Source: an uncultured Deinococcaceae bacterium
Lineage (GTDB): Bacteria; Deinococcota; Deinococci; Deinococcales; Deinococcaceae
DNA length: 61,113 nucleotides
NCBI GenBank assembly: GCA_964252075.1
Contig: CAXULY010000034.1
Span: 1-61,113 of the forward strand
Direction: 5' to 3'
Shown here: positions 9,539 to 20,483 of the stretch, one piece after another
Numbering within the stretch: the first letter of the stretch is position 1
Layout: each line of letters starts with the position of its first letter
Translations under genes and position numbers: made by a program
The notes under the pieces: generated by a model
Database searches by the model: none
Told to the model about the DNA's origin: nothing
Seen by the model: the letters and a program-made list of their open reading frames with translations, nothing else

Positions 9539-10687
9539 ATGTTTGATGTGATTGTCATTGGGGGCGGCCTGGCGGGCGCCGCCACGGCCTACCATCTGGT
9601 CCGTGGCGGCGCCCGGACGCTGCTGGTGGACCGCCACCATCCGGAGCGCGCGACGAACGCGGGGGCGGGCATTCTGGCACCCGAGACCAGCGGGCTGAGC
9701 CTCGGACCGGATTGGTTCGACCTGGCCCTTCCCGCCGGTCGGTACTACCCGCTGCTTGCGGCGGCCCTGCAGCGGGAACAGGAGCAGGACGTGGGGTACG
9801 GCCCGGCCAGCCACCTCACCGTCGCCGTGGACGAGGACGAGGACGTGGCCTTCGCGCGGGCCCGCGAGGTCATCTTCACGCGCCAGCGGGCGCGCGGCGC
9901 CCCCACCGCGGACGCCCTGCACGACATGGACAGCGGGTCGGCGCAGCGCCTCTTTCCCGCGCTGGCCCCCACGCGCGGCGCGGTGTACTTCCGGGACGCG
10001 GCGCGCGTGGATGGCCGCAGCTTCACGCGCGCCCTGATGAACGCCGCGACGGGCGCGGGACTTGAGGTGCGCGCGGGCGAAGTGGAGCGCCTCGTGATGG
10101 AGGGCGGCCGCGTCAGCGGCATGGATCTTGACGGGGAGCGTCTCGCGGCCGGACGCGTCGTCATTGCGGGTGGGGCGTGGTCGCAGGCGTTCGGGGAGCA
10201 GCTGGGCCGGCGCATTCCGGTGGAGCCGCAGCGCGGGCAGATCATTCACCTGCAGTTCCCGGAGTCCGTCGACACGGACGCCTGGCCGATCGTGACGGCG
10301 TTTCACGGCCATTACATGCTGTCCTGGGCGGACCACCGCGTCACCATTGGTGCCACCCGGGAGACGAACAGCGGTTTCGAGGCGCGCACCACCGCGGCGG
10401 GCGTGCTGGAGGTGCTGCGCGAGGGCTTGCGGGTCGCGCCGGGGCTCGCGGAGGGGTCCATCAAGGAAATCCGGGTGGGCCTGCGGCCCTCCACCGCGGA
10501 CAACCTGCCGGTCCTCGGCGAGGTGGACGGCGTGCCGGGCCTGCTGCTGGTCACCGGGCACGGCGCGTCCGGTCTGCAGCTCGCGCCGTACAGCGGCAAG
10601 CTCATCGCGGACCTGGCGCTGGGACGACCCGCGGACCTGAACCTGGACGCCTTCCGGATCGAGCGCTTCGCCACACCGGCAGGCTGA
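9539..10687 (+). CDS. FAD-dependent oxidoreductase, DadA/ThiO (D-amino acid oxidase) family
   Basis: GGAGG RBS; DVIVIGGGLAG; AGAWS; PQRGQ; GLRPSTADNLPVLG; GHGASGLQLAP. Confidence 0.92.
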   Translation: MFDVIVIGGGLAGAATAYHLVRGGARTLLVDRHHPERATNAGAGILAPETSGLSLGPDWFDLALPAGRYYPLLAAALQREQEQDVGYGPASHLTVAVDEDEDVAFARAREVIFTRQRARGAPTADALHDMDSGSAQRLFPALAPTRGAVYFRDAARVDGRSFTRALMNAATGAGLEVRAGEVERLVMEGGRVSGMDLDGERLAAGRVVIAGGAWSQAFGEQLGRRIPVEPQRGQIIHLQFPESVDTDAWPIVTAFHGHYMLSWADHRVTIGATRETNSGFEARTTAAGVLEVLREGLRVAPGLAEGSIKEIRVGLRPSTADNLPVLGEVDGVPGLLLVTGHGASGLQLAPYSGKLIADLALGRPADLNLDAFRIERFATPAG

Positions 10688-10704
10688 ACCGGCACCAGGA
10701 ACCT

Positions 10705-10735
10705 CAGGGGGAGGCGCGCGGTGCGCCTCCCCCTG
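10705..10735. terminator. bidirectional terminator-like hairpin
   Basis: Perfect 13-bp stem CAGGGGGAGGCGC/GCGCCTCCCCCTG between convergent genes. Confidence 0.7.
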
Positions 10736-10744
10736 CCGTTCGTG

Positions 10745-12325
<1,581 letters not shown>

Positions 12326-12344
12326 GTGGTCTCCTGATGCGGCG

Positions 12345-12707
12345 TCAGCCGAGGTACGCGGTGCTGCTGATCTCGATGCGCGCGTCGCCTTCCAGGACGA
12401 CCTGGACGGTGATGCGGGCGGGCGGGTTGCTGGGAAAGTGCTCGCGCCACACGTCATTCATGGCTGCTTTGTCGTGCAGGTCGGCCAGGAACACCTCGCA
12501 GCGCACCACGTCGTCCAGAGACCCGCCGTACGTGCCGAGCACCTCGGCGATCTTCTGCAGCGCGGCCCTGGTCTGCGCCGCGACGCCCTCGGGGAGGCGG
12601 CCGTCCGGCTGGTGGCCGCCGTGCCCGGAGAGGTACACGAACGGACCGGCGCGCACCGCGCGGGCGATGATCGCGCCAGGTTGTCTGAGCAGAACGTCTC
12701 GGGGCAT
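12345..12707 (-). CDS. RidA/YjgF family protein
   Basis: AVRAGPFVYLSG...QTRAAL...MNDVWREHF..PPAR...RIEI; AAGGAG RBS. Confidence 0.9.
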   Translation of the reverse strand: MPRDVLLRQPGAIIARAVRAGPFVYLSGHGGHQPDGRLPEGVAAQTRAALQKIAEVLGTYGGSLDDVVRCEVFLADLHDKAAMNDVWREHFPSNPPARITVQVVLEGDARIEISSTAYLG

Positions 12708-12927
12708 GCTTCTCCTTGCGGCGGGCGCGTGAACCAGCACCCGCGGGTGAGGGGTCGGGGATTGAACCGCTTCGGGCGGCGCGCGATGGGCGACCGGCGC
12801 TCCACCGAGTCTATGGACGGCCTCCAGCGGGGTAAAGCGAAATCGGAAGTCGTTTCCGCCATACGGAAACACTTGTCTGTATGCTGGAAGGACAGCCCGG
12901 CCGGAGGCCCTGCGGGCCCCAGCCGAC

Positions 12928-13722
12928 ATGACGCCCACCCGCCGCCCCAACCGCAACAGCGTCCAGAGCCTGCAGCGCGCCCTGGACGTCCTGGAAGTGC
13001 TGTCGGGCGCGCCGCACGGCGTGCCGCTCACGGACCTCGCCAACGCCACGCAGCTGCCGCCCAGCACCGTGCACCGCATCCTGCTGACGCTCGTCCACCG
13101 CGGCTACGTCACGCAGGACGCCAGCACCGCCCGCTACCGCGTGGGCATCCGCCTGTTCGAGGTGGGCAGCGCCTTCCCGCATCAACTGCGGCTCAACGAA
13201 CTCGCCCACCCCCTGCTGATGGAGCTCGCGCAGTGGAGCAGCGAAGCGGTGAACCTCGCCATCCGGGACGGCAACGACGTCGTGTACCTCGATCAGGTGG
13301 AGGGCGCGAAGATGGCGCGCATCTTCACGCGGCCCGGGGCGCGCATCCCCCTGTTCTGCAGCGGCGTCGGGAAACTCTTCCTCACGGCCCTGTCCCCGGA
13401 GGCCCTCGAGACGCTGTGGCCACAGCTGAACGTGACGGCCTACACGCCACACACCATCACCACCCTGAAAGCCATGCAGACGGAACTGCGCCGCACGCGC
13501 GCCCGCGGCTTCGCCCTCGACAACCAGGAGCACGAGCTGGGCGTGCGCTGCATCGCCGCGCCCGTCCACAACCACCGCTCGGAACTGGTGTGCGCGATCA
13601 GCATCTCCATTCCCGCCACCCGGCGCCCCGGCGGTCGCGTGGAGCAGTTCAGCCACAAGATCCTCGGTGCCGCGGCGCACCTCTCGAAGGCCCTCGGGTA
13701 CACGGCACCCGCGTCCTTTTAA
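12928..13722 (+). CDS. IclR-family transcriptional regulator
   Basis: VQSLQRALDVLE...PSTVHRIL; SGVGKLFL; GFALDNQEHELGVRCIAAPV. Confidence 0.95.
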   Translation: MTPTRRPNRNSVQSLQRALDVLEVLSGAPHGVPLTDLANATQLPPSTVHRILLTLVHRGYVTQDASTARYRVGIRLFEVGSAFPHQLRLNELAHPLLMELAQWSSEAVNLAIRDGNDVVYLDQVEGAKMARIFTRPGARIPLFCSGVGKLFLTALSPEALETLWPQLNVTAYTPHTITTLKAMQTELRRTRARGFALDNQEHELGVRCIAAPVHNHRSELVCAISISIPATRRPGGRVEQFSHKILGAAAHLSKALGYTAPASF

Positions 13723-13882
13723 GACGAAAGCGGACCGAGCCTCACGTGTGCGGCGCCAGCGTGGGCCTGCCAAGACGCCAGGCATCGACCTCACTTCCGC
13801 GTCTGACACGCCGGATACGGCGAATGGCCTAGCGTCGGCAACAGATGGCCTAGAGGCCCGAACCCAGCCCTACGCTCAGGTC

Positions 13883-14152
13883 ATGATCTGCTTGCGCCGG
13901 CACCCGCACGAAGGAAGCCGCGGTCGGTCACGGGCAGTCCACACCGTCCTCAGCGACACGGACGGCGCCCTGCCGGCGGGCGCGGTGGTGACGCTCAACC
14001 GGCTGCCCGCCACGCCCAACCAGCCGGTCGTGTACCGCATCAAGCACGCCGATGACCGCGTGCTGGTCCATGAGGTGGGCGATCGGCAGGCGGACGTGCG
14101 TCTGTTCGAGCGCCTGGCGCCCGAGGGCCGATCCCAGCTGCCAGGACGGTAA
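13883..14152 (+). CDS. small hypothetical protein or 5'-truncated remnant
   Basis: The 3' part has coding-like codon usage (VVYRIKHADDRVLVHEV); start uncertain. Confidence 0.3.
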   Translation: MICLRRHPHEGSRGRSRAVHTVLSDTDGALPAGAVVTLNRLPATPNQPVVYRIKHADDRVLVHEVGDRQADVRLFERLAPEGRSQLPGR

Positions 14153-14607
14153 GGGCGCCGTGGGGGCCAAATCTCAAGCTGGGCGGATGTCAAAACGCGC
14201 ACGACCTTGCCGGATGAAGCGCATGGTATCTCCGCTGCACCGCCCAGCGCTTCCCGCACGGGCGCGCGTTTCCATTTCTCGTGCCCGCCGCACCTGCGCG
14301 GCACGCACAGTCCGGGAGAAGCTTGGGGCGCCTTTCGTCCGCGTCCTGAACGGCCAGTTCGGCGGGGTCACCATTGACTGCCCGTGGTCCCGGTTGCCGC
14401 ACCACCGCCCCGCGCGGTCCAGAGCGCCCGGCAAGTCCGGCGAACCACACGTTGGCCCTGTCGAGGCGCCGTCGCTTGATGGCGCGCGGAGCAGTTCGGT
14501 GCTGGCCGACGCGGGCGGGGCGCCTGGTGTTTTGAAACGACCGCACCTGCACGTGCGTTTTGAAACGGCGCCCCACGGGCGTGTGACGCCGCGCCGCGCC
14601 ATGTACC

Positions 14608-14640
14608 GTCACGGGCGGGTCACGTGGGCGCCCGTACCTT
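14608..14640 (+). promoter_or_regulatory. GTCAY direct-repeat promoter, copy 4
   Basis: GTCAC-GGGCGG-GTCAC-GTGGGCGCCCG-TACCTT upstream of the 14698..17680 cluster. Confidence 0.75.
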
Positions 14641-14697
14641 GTGTTCAGCGGTGAGCGGTGCCAGCAGGCGCGCTTCCCCGCCACGAGGAGACCGCCC

Positions 14698-15537
14698 ATG
14701 CCGAAGCCCACGACCGCCCTGCTGCTCGCCGCCAGCCTGACGCTGGCCCTCGCCGCCTGCGGGCAGAGCCCAGCGCCCGCGCCCGCCGCCCTGCCGGAAG
14801 TCACCGTGACCGCCAGCGCGACCGGCGACACGCTGCCCGGCGCCCTGACGTCCGGGCTGGTCGCCGTGACGCTGCAGAACACCGACCAGCGCCCGCATTC
14901 CGCCGAGTTCGTGCGCCTCAGGCCGGACGTCACCCAGGACGCCGTGCAGTCCGCGCTGGCCGCCGGTGACTTCGAGACCCTGGGCACGCTGGTGGTCGAG
15001 TCCGGCTCCACCCCGGAGGTGCAGGCGGGCGGCAGCGGCCGGGTCATCCTGGATCTGCTCGCCGGTGATTACCTGGTGGTGGATGAGAGCGCCAACCCGG
15101 ACGACCCGCCGGTCATCGCGGCGCACGTGAGCGTCACCCCGCGCAGCGGCCCGGCGGTCGCCGAGCCGCAGGCGGACCTCACGGTGAATGCCAGTGACTT
15201 CGCCTTCGACCTGCCGGGCAACCTGCACGCCGGCCCCCAGCTGTGGCAGTTCGTGAACGTCGGCGCCCAGCCGCACGAGGTCTTCGTGGTGAAGCTGCAC
15301 GACGGCAAGACCGTGGATGACGTGAAGGCCTTCCTGGATGAGCCGCAGCCGGACTTCAGCCAGGCGCCCGCCGATTACGTCACCGGCATCCCGCCCATCG
15401 GGGCGGGCCTGCGGGAGTTCTACCCCATCACCCTGGACGCCGGGCGGTACGTGGCGGTGTGCGGCGTGATGGACCCCGCCACCGGCGAACCGCACGACGA
15501 CCTGGGCATGATCATGGCCTTCACCGTGACGAACTGA
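14698..15537 (+). CDS. lipoprotein with tandem cupredoxin-like domains
   Basis: GAGGAG RBS; LAAC lipobox; second domain has PHEVF...GRYVAVC...PHDDLGM (His/Cys/His/Met). Confidence 0.8.
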   Translation: MPKPTTALLLAASLTLALAACGQSPAPAPAALPEVTVTASATGDTLPGALTSGLVAVTLQNTDQRPHSAEFVRLRPDVTQDAVQSALAAGDFETLGTLVVESGSTPEVQAGGSGRVILDLLAGDYLVVDESANPDDPPVIAAHVSVTPRSGPAVAEPQADLTVNASDFAFDLPGNLHAGPQLWQFVNVGAQPHEVFVVKLHDGKTVDDVKAFLDEPQPDFSQAPADYVTGIPPIGAGLREFYPITLDAGRYVAVCGVMDPATGEPHDDLGMIMAFTVTN

Positions 15538-15558
15538 GCCCAGGCCCGGGGGGCCTGC

Positions 15559-15759
15559 ATGTCCAATGACCACGAGCGGGTGTACGTGCTGCGCCTGTGG
15601 GACGAGGAGAGCCCACCGCACCGCCACCGCATCAGCCTCTACCACGCGCTCAGCGGCGAGCGGCGGTACTTCAGTACGCTCGACGCGCTGGTCCGCCACC
15701 TGAACGCCCAGCTGCACGCCCAGGACGACCCACCCGAAGCCGCGCCCCTGCAGTCGTGA
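15559..15759 (+). CDS. small hypothetical protein, YVLRLW...RISL...GERRYF..LD.L family
   Basis: Fills the gap inside an operon; paralogous to 8772..8984. Confidence 0.75.
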   Translation: MSNDHERVYVLRLWDEESPPHRHRISLYHALSGERRYFSTLDALVRHLNAQLHAQDDPPEAAPLQS

Positions 15760-15778
15760 CGACTGCCACAGGAGACCC

Positions 15779-16612
15779 ATGACGCACCTCAAGCTGCTCG
15801 CCCCGCTCGCCCTCGCCCTCTCGCTCGGTGCGGCCGCCGCCGCGCCCACCGCGCTGAACCTGACCGCCACCGGCACCGGCTACGACGGCCCCGACCACGT
15901 GCAGGCCGGTTACGTGCAGGTGAACCTGAACAACGCGTCGAAGGTGGAGGCGGGCGTAGACCTCTTCCGGCTCAAGCCGGGCGTGACCGAGGCGCAGTTC
16001 AAGGCGGCCCTCACCGCCGTCGCCCTTGAGTCGGCCAAGGACGCCGACGCCCAGCTGAACCAGCTGGTGGAGGCGGTGGGCGGCGCCGACGCGCAGCCCG
16101 GGCAGACGAATTCCGTGACCGTCCACCTGCTGCCGGGCATGTACTACCTGAGCACCACCAACGCAGACGACGACACGCACGTGACCGCGCTCTCGCAGGG
16201 CTACTACCGGGCCCTAACCGTGACGGGGCCGGAGCTGTCCAACGCCCCGGACGCCGCCGACTACACGCTGGACATGCTGGATTACCACTTCGCGCTGCCC
16301 GCGGACGTCACGGCGGGAACGCACACCTGGCACATCACGAACAGCGGCGCCGAGCCGCACTTCGCGCTGGTCGCGAAACTGATGCCTGGCAAGACCATGG
16401 ACGACGTGATGAAGGCGCTGTCCGACCCCTCGGCGCCGCCCCCGGTGGATTTCAGCCAGTCGGTGGAGGCCGCGGTGATCACCACCAGTCAGGCCGAGGA
16501 CGTCACCTGGAACCTCGCGGCGGGCGATTACGTGGTGGTGTGCTTCGTGCAGGACAAGAACGGCGTGTCGCACGCCATGCTCGGCATGGCGCAGGGCCTG
16601 AGCGTCCACTGA
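15779..16612 (+). CDS. secreted protein with tandem cupredoxin-like domains
   Basis: AGGAG RBS; signal peptide; EPHFAL...GDYVVVCFV...SHAMLGM; paralog of 14698..15537. Confidence 0.8.
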   Translation: MTHLKLLAPLALALSLGAAAAAPTALNLTATGTGYDGPDHVQAGYVQVNLNNASKVEAGVDLFRLKPGVTEAQFKAALTAVALESAKDADAQLNQLVEAVGGADAQPGQTNSVTVHLLPGMYYLSTTNADDDTHVTALSQGYYRALTVTGPELSNAPDAADYTLDMLDYHFALPADVTAGTHTWHITNSGAEPHFALVAKLMPGKTMDDVMKALSDPSAPPPVDFSQSVEAAVITTSQAEDVTWNLAAGDYVVVCFVQDKNGVSHAMLGMAQGLSVH

Positions 16613-16635
16613 CCGCCACGCCCGGAACCTCACGC

Positions 16636-16667
16636 GAGAGGGAGGCGGCCCCTGCGCGCCTCCCCTC
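16636..16667 (+). terminator. hairpin after the cupredoxin-like genes
   Basis: GAGAGGGAGGCG...CGCCTCCCCTC imperfect stem; no U-tract. Confidence 0.35.
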
Positions 16668-16772
16668 AGGACCGTGCGGGCCGCACCCCACCGCGAGGCC
16701 AGCCCACCCCACACCCAGGGCGGGCTTCGGCACCTCGATCTCACAACCGTGCACGTCCTTGAGGAGTGATTC

Positions 16773-17267
16773 ATGAAGCGCATGCTGACCGTCGCCCTGC
16801 TCTGCTCGTCGTTCGCCCTCGCGGCGCCGGACCCCTGCAGGCTGCTCGCGCCGGGTGAGGTGAAGGCGGGCCTCGGCGCGCCCACCGTGACCGCCAAACC
16901 CGCCACCGACCAGGACATCCCCACCTGCAACTTCGACTTCCAGGGCGGCGCCCTGAGCCTGGGCGTCACCACGGGCGCCAGCAAGATGCTGCAGGGCCAC
17001 CCGCTGCTGGCGCTCGTGCAGAGCGGCGGGGACGGCGGGACGCCCATCAAGGGCGCCCGGGCGGTGCCCCGCCTGGGGGACGAGGCGGCCGGAGCGGACG
17101 CGTCGGACGTGACCAGCGGCGTGGCGTCCGACCTGGCGATGCTGTACGTGCGCAAGGGGGACACGCTGCTGGTCTTCGTCGCGCTGGATTCCAACCACGC
17201 GGCGAGCAAGGTGAAACTCGCCGCCCTCACCCTGCTCGCCCGGCGCGCGCTGCCGCGCCTGCGCTGA
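16773..17267 (+). CDS. secreted hypothetical protein (DPC.LL...C, DUF3558-like)
   Basis: GAGGAG RBS; signal peptide; DPCRLLAPGEV...TCNF...VPRLGDEA. Confidence 0.7.
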   Translation: MKRMLTVALLCSSFALAAPDPCRLLAPGEVKAGLGAPTVTAKPATDQDIPTCNFDFQGGALSLGVTTGASKMLQGHPLLALVQSGGDGGTPIKGARAVPRLGDEAAGADASDVTSGVASDLAMLYVRKGDTLLVFVALDSNHAASKVKLAALTLLARRALPRLR

Positions 17268-17290
17268 GGCGCCGCGTGAAAGGAACGACC

Positions 17291-17680
17291 ATGAACCGAC
17301 GCTGGATGGTGCCCGTGCTGCTCGCCAGCCTGGGCCTCGGTGGGTGCGGTGAGCTGGCTGGTCAGGCGGCGGTGTTCACCCTGGACGTGACGCCCCACGA
17401 GGTGACCGCGGCGCGCGGTGAAGCGCTGGACCTGACCGCCCACGTGACGCGCGGGGTGGGCCTGTCCGTCGGGATTCCCGTGAACGTCACGCGGCAGGGC
17501 GACCCGCCGGGCGTGCAGGTGCCGGCCGTGCGCGTGGGCGCCGGGCAGACCAGCGCCAGCATGCCGCTGCAGGTGACCGCCGGCGCGGCGCCCGGCGCGT
17601 ACACCCTGGTGTTCCAGGGTGACAGCGGCCTGCAGCAGCAGACCACCACCGTGACCCTCACCGTGAAACAAGCCCCCTGA
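17291..17680 (+). CDS. lipoprotein with a single Ig-like domain
   Basis: AAGGA RBS; LGGC lipobox; LQVTAGAAPGAYTL...VTLTV, similar to the N-domain of 1015..2169. Confidence 0.75.
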   Translation: MNRRWMVPVLLASLGLGGCGELAGQAAVFTLDVTPHEVTAARGEALDLTAHVTRGVGLSVGIPVNVTRQGDPPGVQVPAVRVGAGQTSASMPLQVTAGAAPGAYTLVFQGDSGLQQQTTTVTLTVKQAP

Positions 17681-18158
17681 CCGCGGGCACCCACACGCAG
17701 CGGCGCAGCACGGGCGCCTGTCCACACCGCCTCGGCACCGCAAGGTCCGTGGGCGTGCGGCGGCGCATCGACGGTCGTGACTGCATGGACCGCGTCCACG
17801 GGAAGGCCGTGACAGGTCCGAGGGGCGACCGAGGCGGTCCGCGTGACCGGACGACTTACAGGCGAGGGCGCGCGTCCACCTCCCGATTCGGCGGCGGCAC
17901 TTCGCGCGGCTCCACCGATCGTCACGCCAGCAGGACAACCGCGGCAGGCCCACTTGAGGATTCATGGTGCGTGTGGTTGGGGCGTGCTTGCTGGAGCGGC
18001 GTCCATGACTGGCCTCGACCCACAAACACCGGGCAGGATGCCACTCCTGCCCAGGTGCTGAACTGGAGCATTCACGGCTGCCGTGCCGCTGGCGGCTGGG
18101 GCGCGGCCTGCCCACGGCGGGCGGACCGCTGGCCCAGCACGTCAGCGGGTGGTGCCGG

Positions 18159-19436
18159 TTACTCCCGGGCGTGGGCGAGGTGAATGTCCTCGACCGTGCC
18201 GGAGGTGCGGGCGCGTTCTGCCGCGAACACCATCAGGTGGCTTTCCAGCGTTTCCTGCGGTCCACTCAGGATGAGGTCCGGGCGGTCGTCGCGCACGGCC
18301 TGCAGGAAGCGCTGCATCAGGCCGTCGTCGCCGCCGCCGTGTCCGGAGCGGATGCTGCCGTCCGACGCGATGTCGGTGTTCACCTCGCTGGTGGTGTCCG
18401 TCAGGAAGTCGAAGACGCGCAGCGTCTCGCTGTCCCCGTACAGTTCCCCGCGCGTGCCGAAGATGCGCGTCTCACGGCCGCGCGCGCGCGTGAAGGCCGT
18501 CATGGTGAAGCTGGCCGTCACGCCGCCCGCGAACTCGAAATTCACGACTTGGTGGTCCACCACGTCGTTGTCGCTGGCGTACACGCAGCGCCCGTACGGC
18601 CCCACCCGCAGCGCCTCCCCGATCGTCTCGGGCGTGGGGTCGGGCGTCAGGACGTTCAGGGGCCAGCCGGTGTTGCCCGCCTCCAGCTGCCCGAAGTAAT
18701 ACCGCTTGGCGGAGTACGGGCAGGCCCGCTCGATGTGCGGCGGGCAGTCCAGGCAGCGGTCCGCGGCGCCAGGCGGCTGCGCCTCGCGGCGGAAGTGCTT
18801 CAGGCTCCCGAACGATGACACCCGCTCGCACGGCTGGCCGACCACGTAGCGCAGCCAGTCGAGGTCGTGGCAGGACTTCGCGAGGAGCATGGAGCTGCTC
18901 TCGCGGCTGTTGCGCCAGTGGCCGCGCACGAAGCTGTGCGCCTGGTGCCAGTACCCGACGGGTTCGAGGTGCTCGACGCTCACGATGTCGCCGATCGCGC
19001 CGGACGCCAGGGTGCGCTTGAGTGCCTCGGTGTAGGCGGTGTAGCGCAGCACGTGGCACACGCCGAGCAGCACGCCGTGGCGCTCTGCGGCCGCCACGAT
19101 GCGGCGGCAGCCGGCCTCGTCGGGCGCCATGGGTTTCTCCAGCAGCAGGTGGTATCCCTGCGCGGCGGCCACCTCCACGGGCTCCACGTGCAGCGCGTCC
19201 TGCGTGGCGATCACGGCGACGTCCGCGAAGCGAGGCGCCTGCAGCGCCTCGCGCCAGTCGGCGTACACCCGCTCGGGCGGCAGGTGGTGCCGCGCCGCGA
19301 GCGCCGCGCGGCGCACCGGGTCGGGTTCCGCGACGCCCACCACCACCCCTTCGTCCGGGTGGCGGTGCAGGTAGTCGGCGTAGGTCTGCCCGCGGCTGCC
19401 TGCGCCGACGATCAGCACCTGCACGGGGGCGGTCAC
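18159..19436 (-). CDS. Gfo/Idh/MocA-family oxidoreductase
   Basis: VLIVGAGSRG; LLEKPMA; HSFVRGHW; AKSCHDLD; GHGGGD. Confidence 0.92.
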   Translation of the reverse strand: MTAPVQVLIVGAGSRGQTYADYLHRHPDEGVVVGVAEPDPVRRAALAARHHLPPERVYADWREALQAPRFADVAVIATQDALHVEPVEVAAAQGYHLLLEKPMAPDEAGCRRIVAAAERHGVLLGVCHVLRYTAYTEALKRTLASGAIGDIVSVEHLEPVGYWHQAHSFVRGHWRNSRESSSMLLAKSCHDLDWLRYVVGQPCERVSSFGSLKHFRREAQPPGAADRCLDCPPHIERACPYSAKRYYFGQLEAGNTGWPLNVLTPDPTPETIGEALRVGPYGRCVYASDNDVVDHQVVNFEFAGGVTASFTMTAFTRARGRETRIFGTRGELYGDSETLRVFDFLTDTTSEVNTDIASDGSIRSGHGGGDDGLMQRFLQAVRDDRPDLILSGPQETLESHLMVFAAERARTSGTVEDIHLAHARE

Positions 19437-19584
19437 GCGTGAGCCTTCCCACGCGCGCGGGGCGCGCTGGGAGGGATCCGGTGGGCGTGCAGTGGGCGTG
19501 GGTGCCCGCCGCGGCGGGCGAAGCGTGTGGCGGTCATGTCGGGGAACTCCAGTCTGCGGTGAGGGGCGCGTGAGGCGGGGCGGT

Positions 19585-20463
19585 TCACCAGCGGCCGAAG
19601 CGGGCGGTGGGGTTCAGGCGCGTCACGTCCGGGTCGGTCAGGATGACGTTCAGGTGCAGTCGGGCGGCGAGGGCGCGCCGCTCGGGCGTGACGAACGCCG
19701 TGGGTTGGTACTCCACGACGTAGATGGCTTTGCCCGCGTCCCGGAACGGCGTGAGGCGCGCGCAGTCCCCTTCGAAGTCGAAGCACTCCTCGTTCAGCGC
19801 GCCGTCGTAATCGGGTGCAAGCGCGCGCAGCTGCCCCAGGTCGTTCTTGAGCAGCACGGCCAGTCCGCGCGCGTGCGCGGCGCGCGCCGTCCAGCGGTTG
19901 TACGCCAGCTGGTCCGCCGCGCGGATGGCGCGCGCGGGGGTGCCTGCGGGGGCGCCGAGGCTCACGTCGTTCGCCCAGGCGTCCACGTTGTCGGGCTCCA
20001 CCGCCGCGCAGCCCGCCCGGCGCGCGCGGTCCAGCCGGGCGGTCATGACGTGGCGGATGGTGGCGCTGCGGCCGCCCGCGGTGGCGCTGAAGCCGCGCAG
20101 GTCCAGCCAGCGCTCGCCCGCCCACACGGCGCCGTCGCCGCGCCGCACCTTCCCGAGGTTCAGACCAGGGTCCAGCAGGCGCTGGCTGTCCGGGTCGCGG
20201 CGGTACCGTTCGGAGGTGCCCGCGCTGTAGTAGCACACCAGGTACTTCCCGGCGGCCTTCAGGCGCGCAGTGGTCGCGGCGCGCACGTCCAGCAGGTCCA
20301 GGCTGATCACCTGCCCGTCTGGCGTCGCGCCGGCGTTCAAGAAATCCGTGCTGCCGATGTTGTACGACCACGCGGCCTGCACGGGCGGGCGTGACCAGGT
20401 GGGGGCCGCGCTGGCGTGCAGGGCCAGCGCGATCAGGGGGAGGGCGAGGCGCGCGCGGTTCAC
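19585..20463 (-). CDS. secreted endo-alpha-1,4-polygalactosaminidase (GH114)
   Basis: Signal peptide from the GTG at 20463; VCYYSAGT, W.GERWLD, GCAAVEPDNVD, LKNDLGQ, ALNEEC motifs. Confidence 0.85.
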   Translation of the reverse strand: MNRARLALPLIALALHASAAPTWSRPPVQAAWSYNIGSTDFLNAGATPDGQVISLDLLDVRAATTARLKAAGKYLVCYYSAGTSERYRRDPDSQRLLDPGLNLGKVRRGDGAVWAGERWLDLRGFSATAGGRSATIRHVMTARLDRARRAGCAAVEPDNVDAWANDVSLGAPAGTPARAIRAADQLAYNRWTARAAHARGLAVLLKNDLGQLRALAPDYDGALNEECFDFEGDCARLTPFRDAGKAIYVVEYQPTAFVTPERRALAARLHLNVILTDPDVTRLNPTARFGRW

Positions 20464-20483
20464 GGGATTTCCATCATGGGGCT

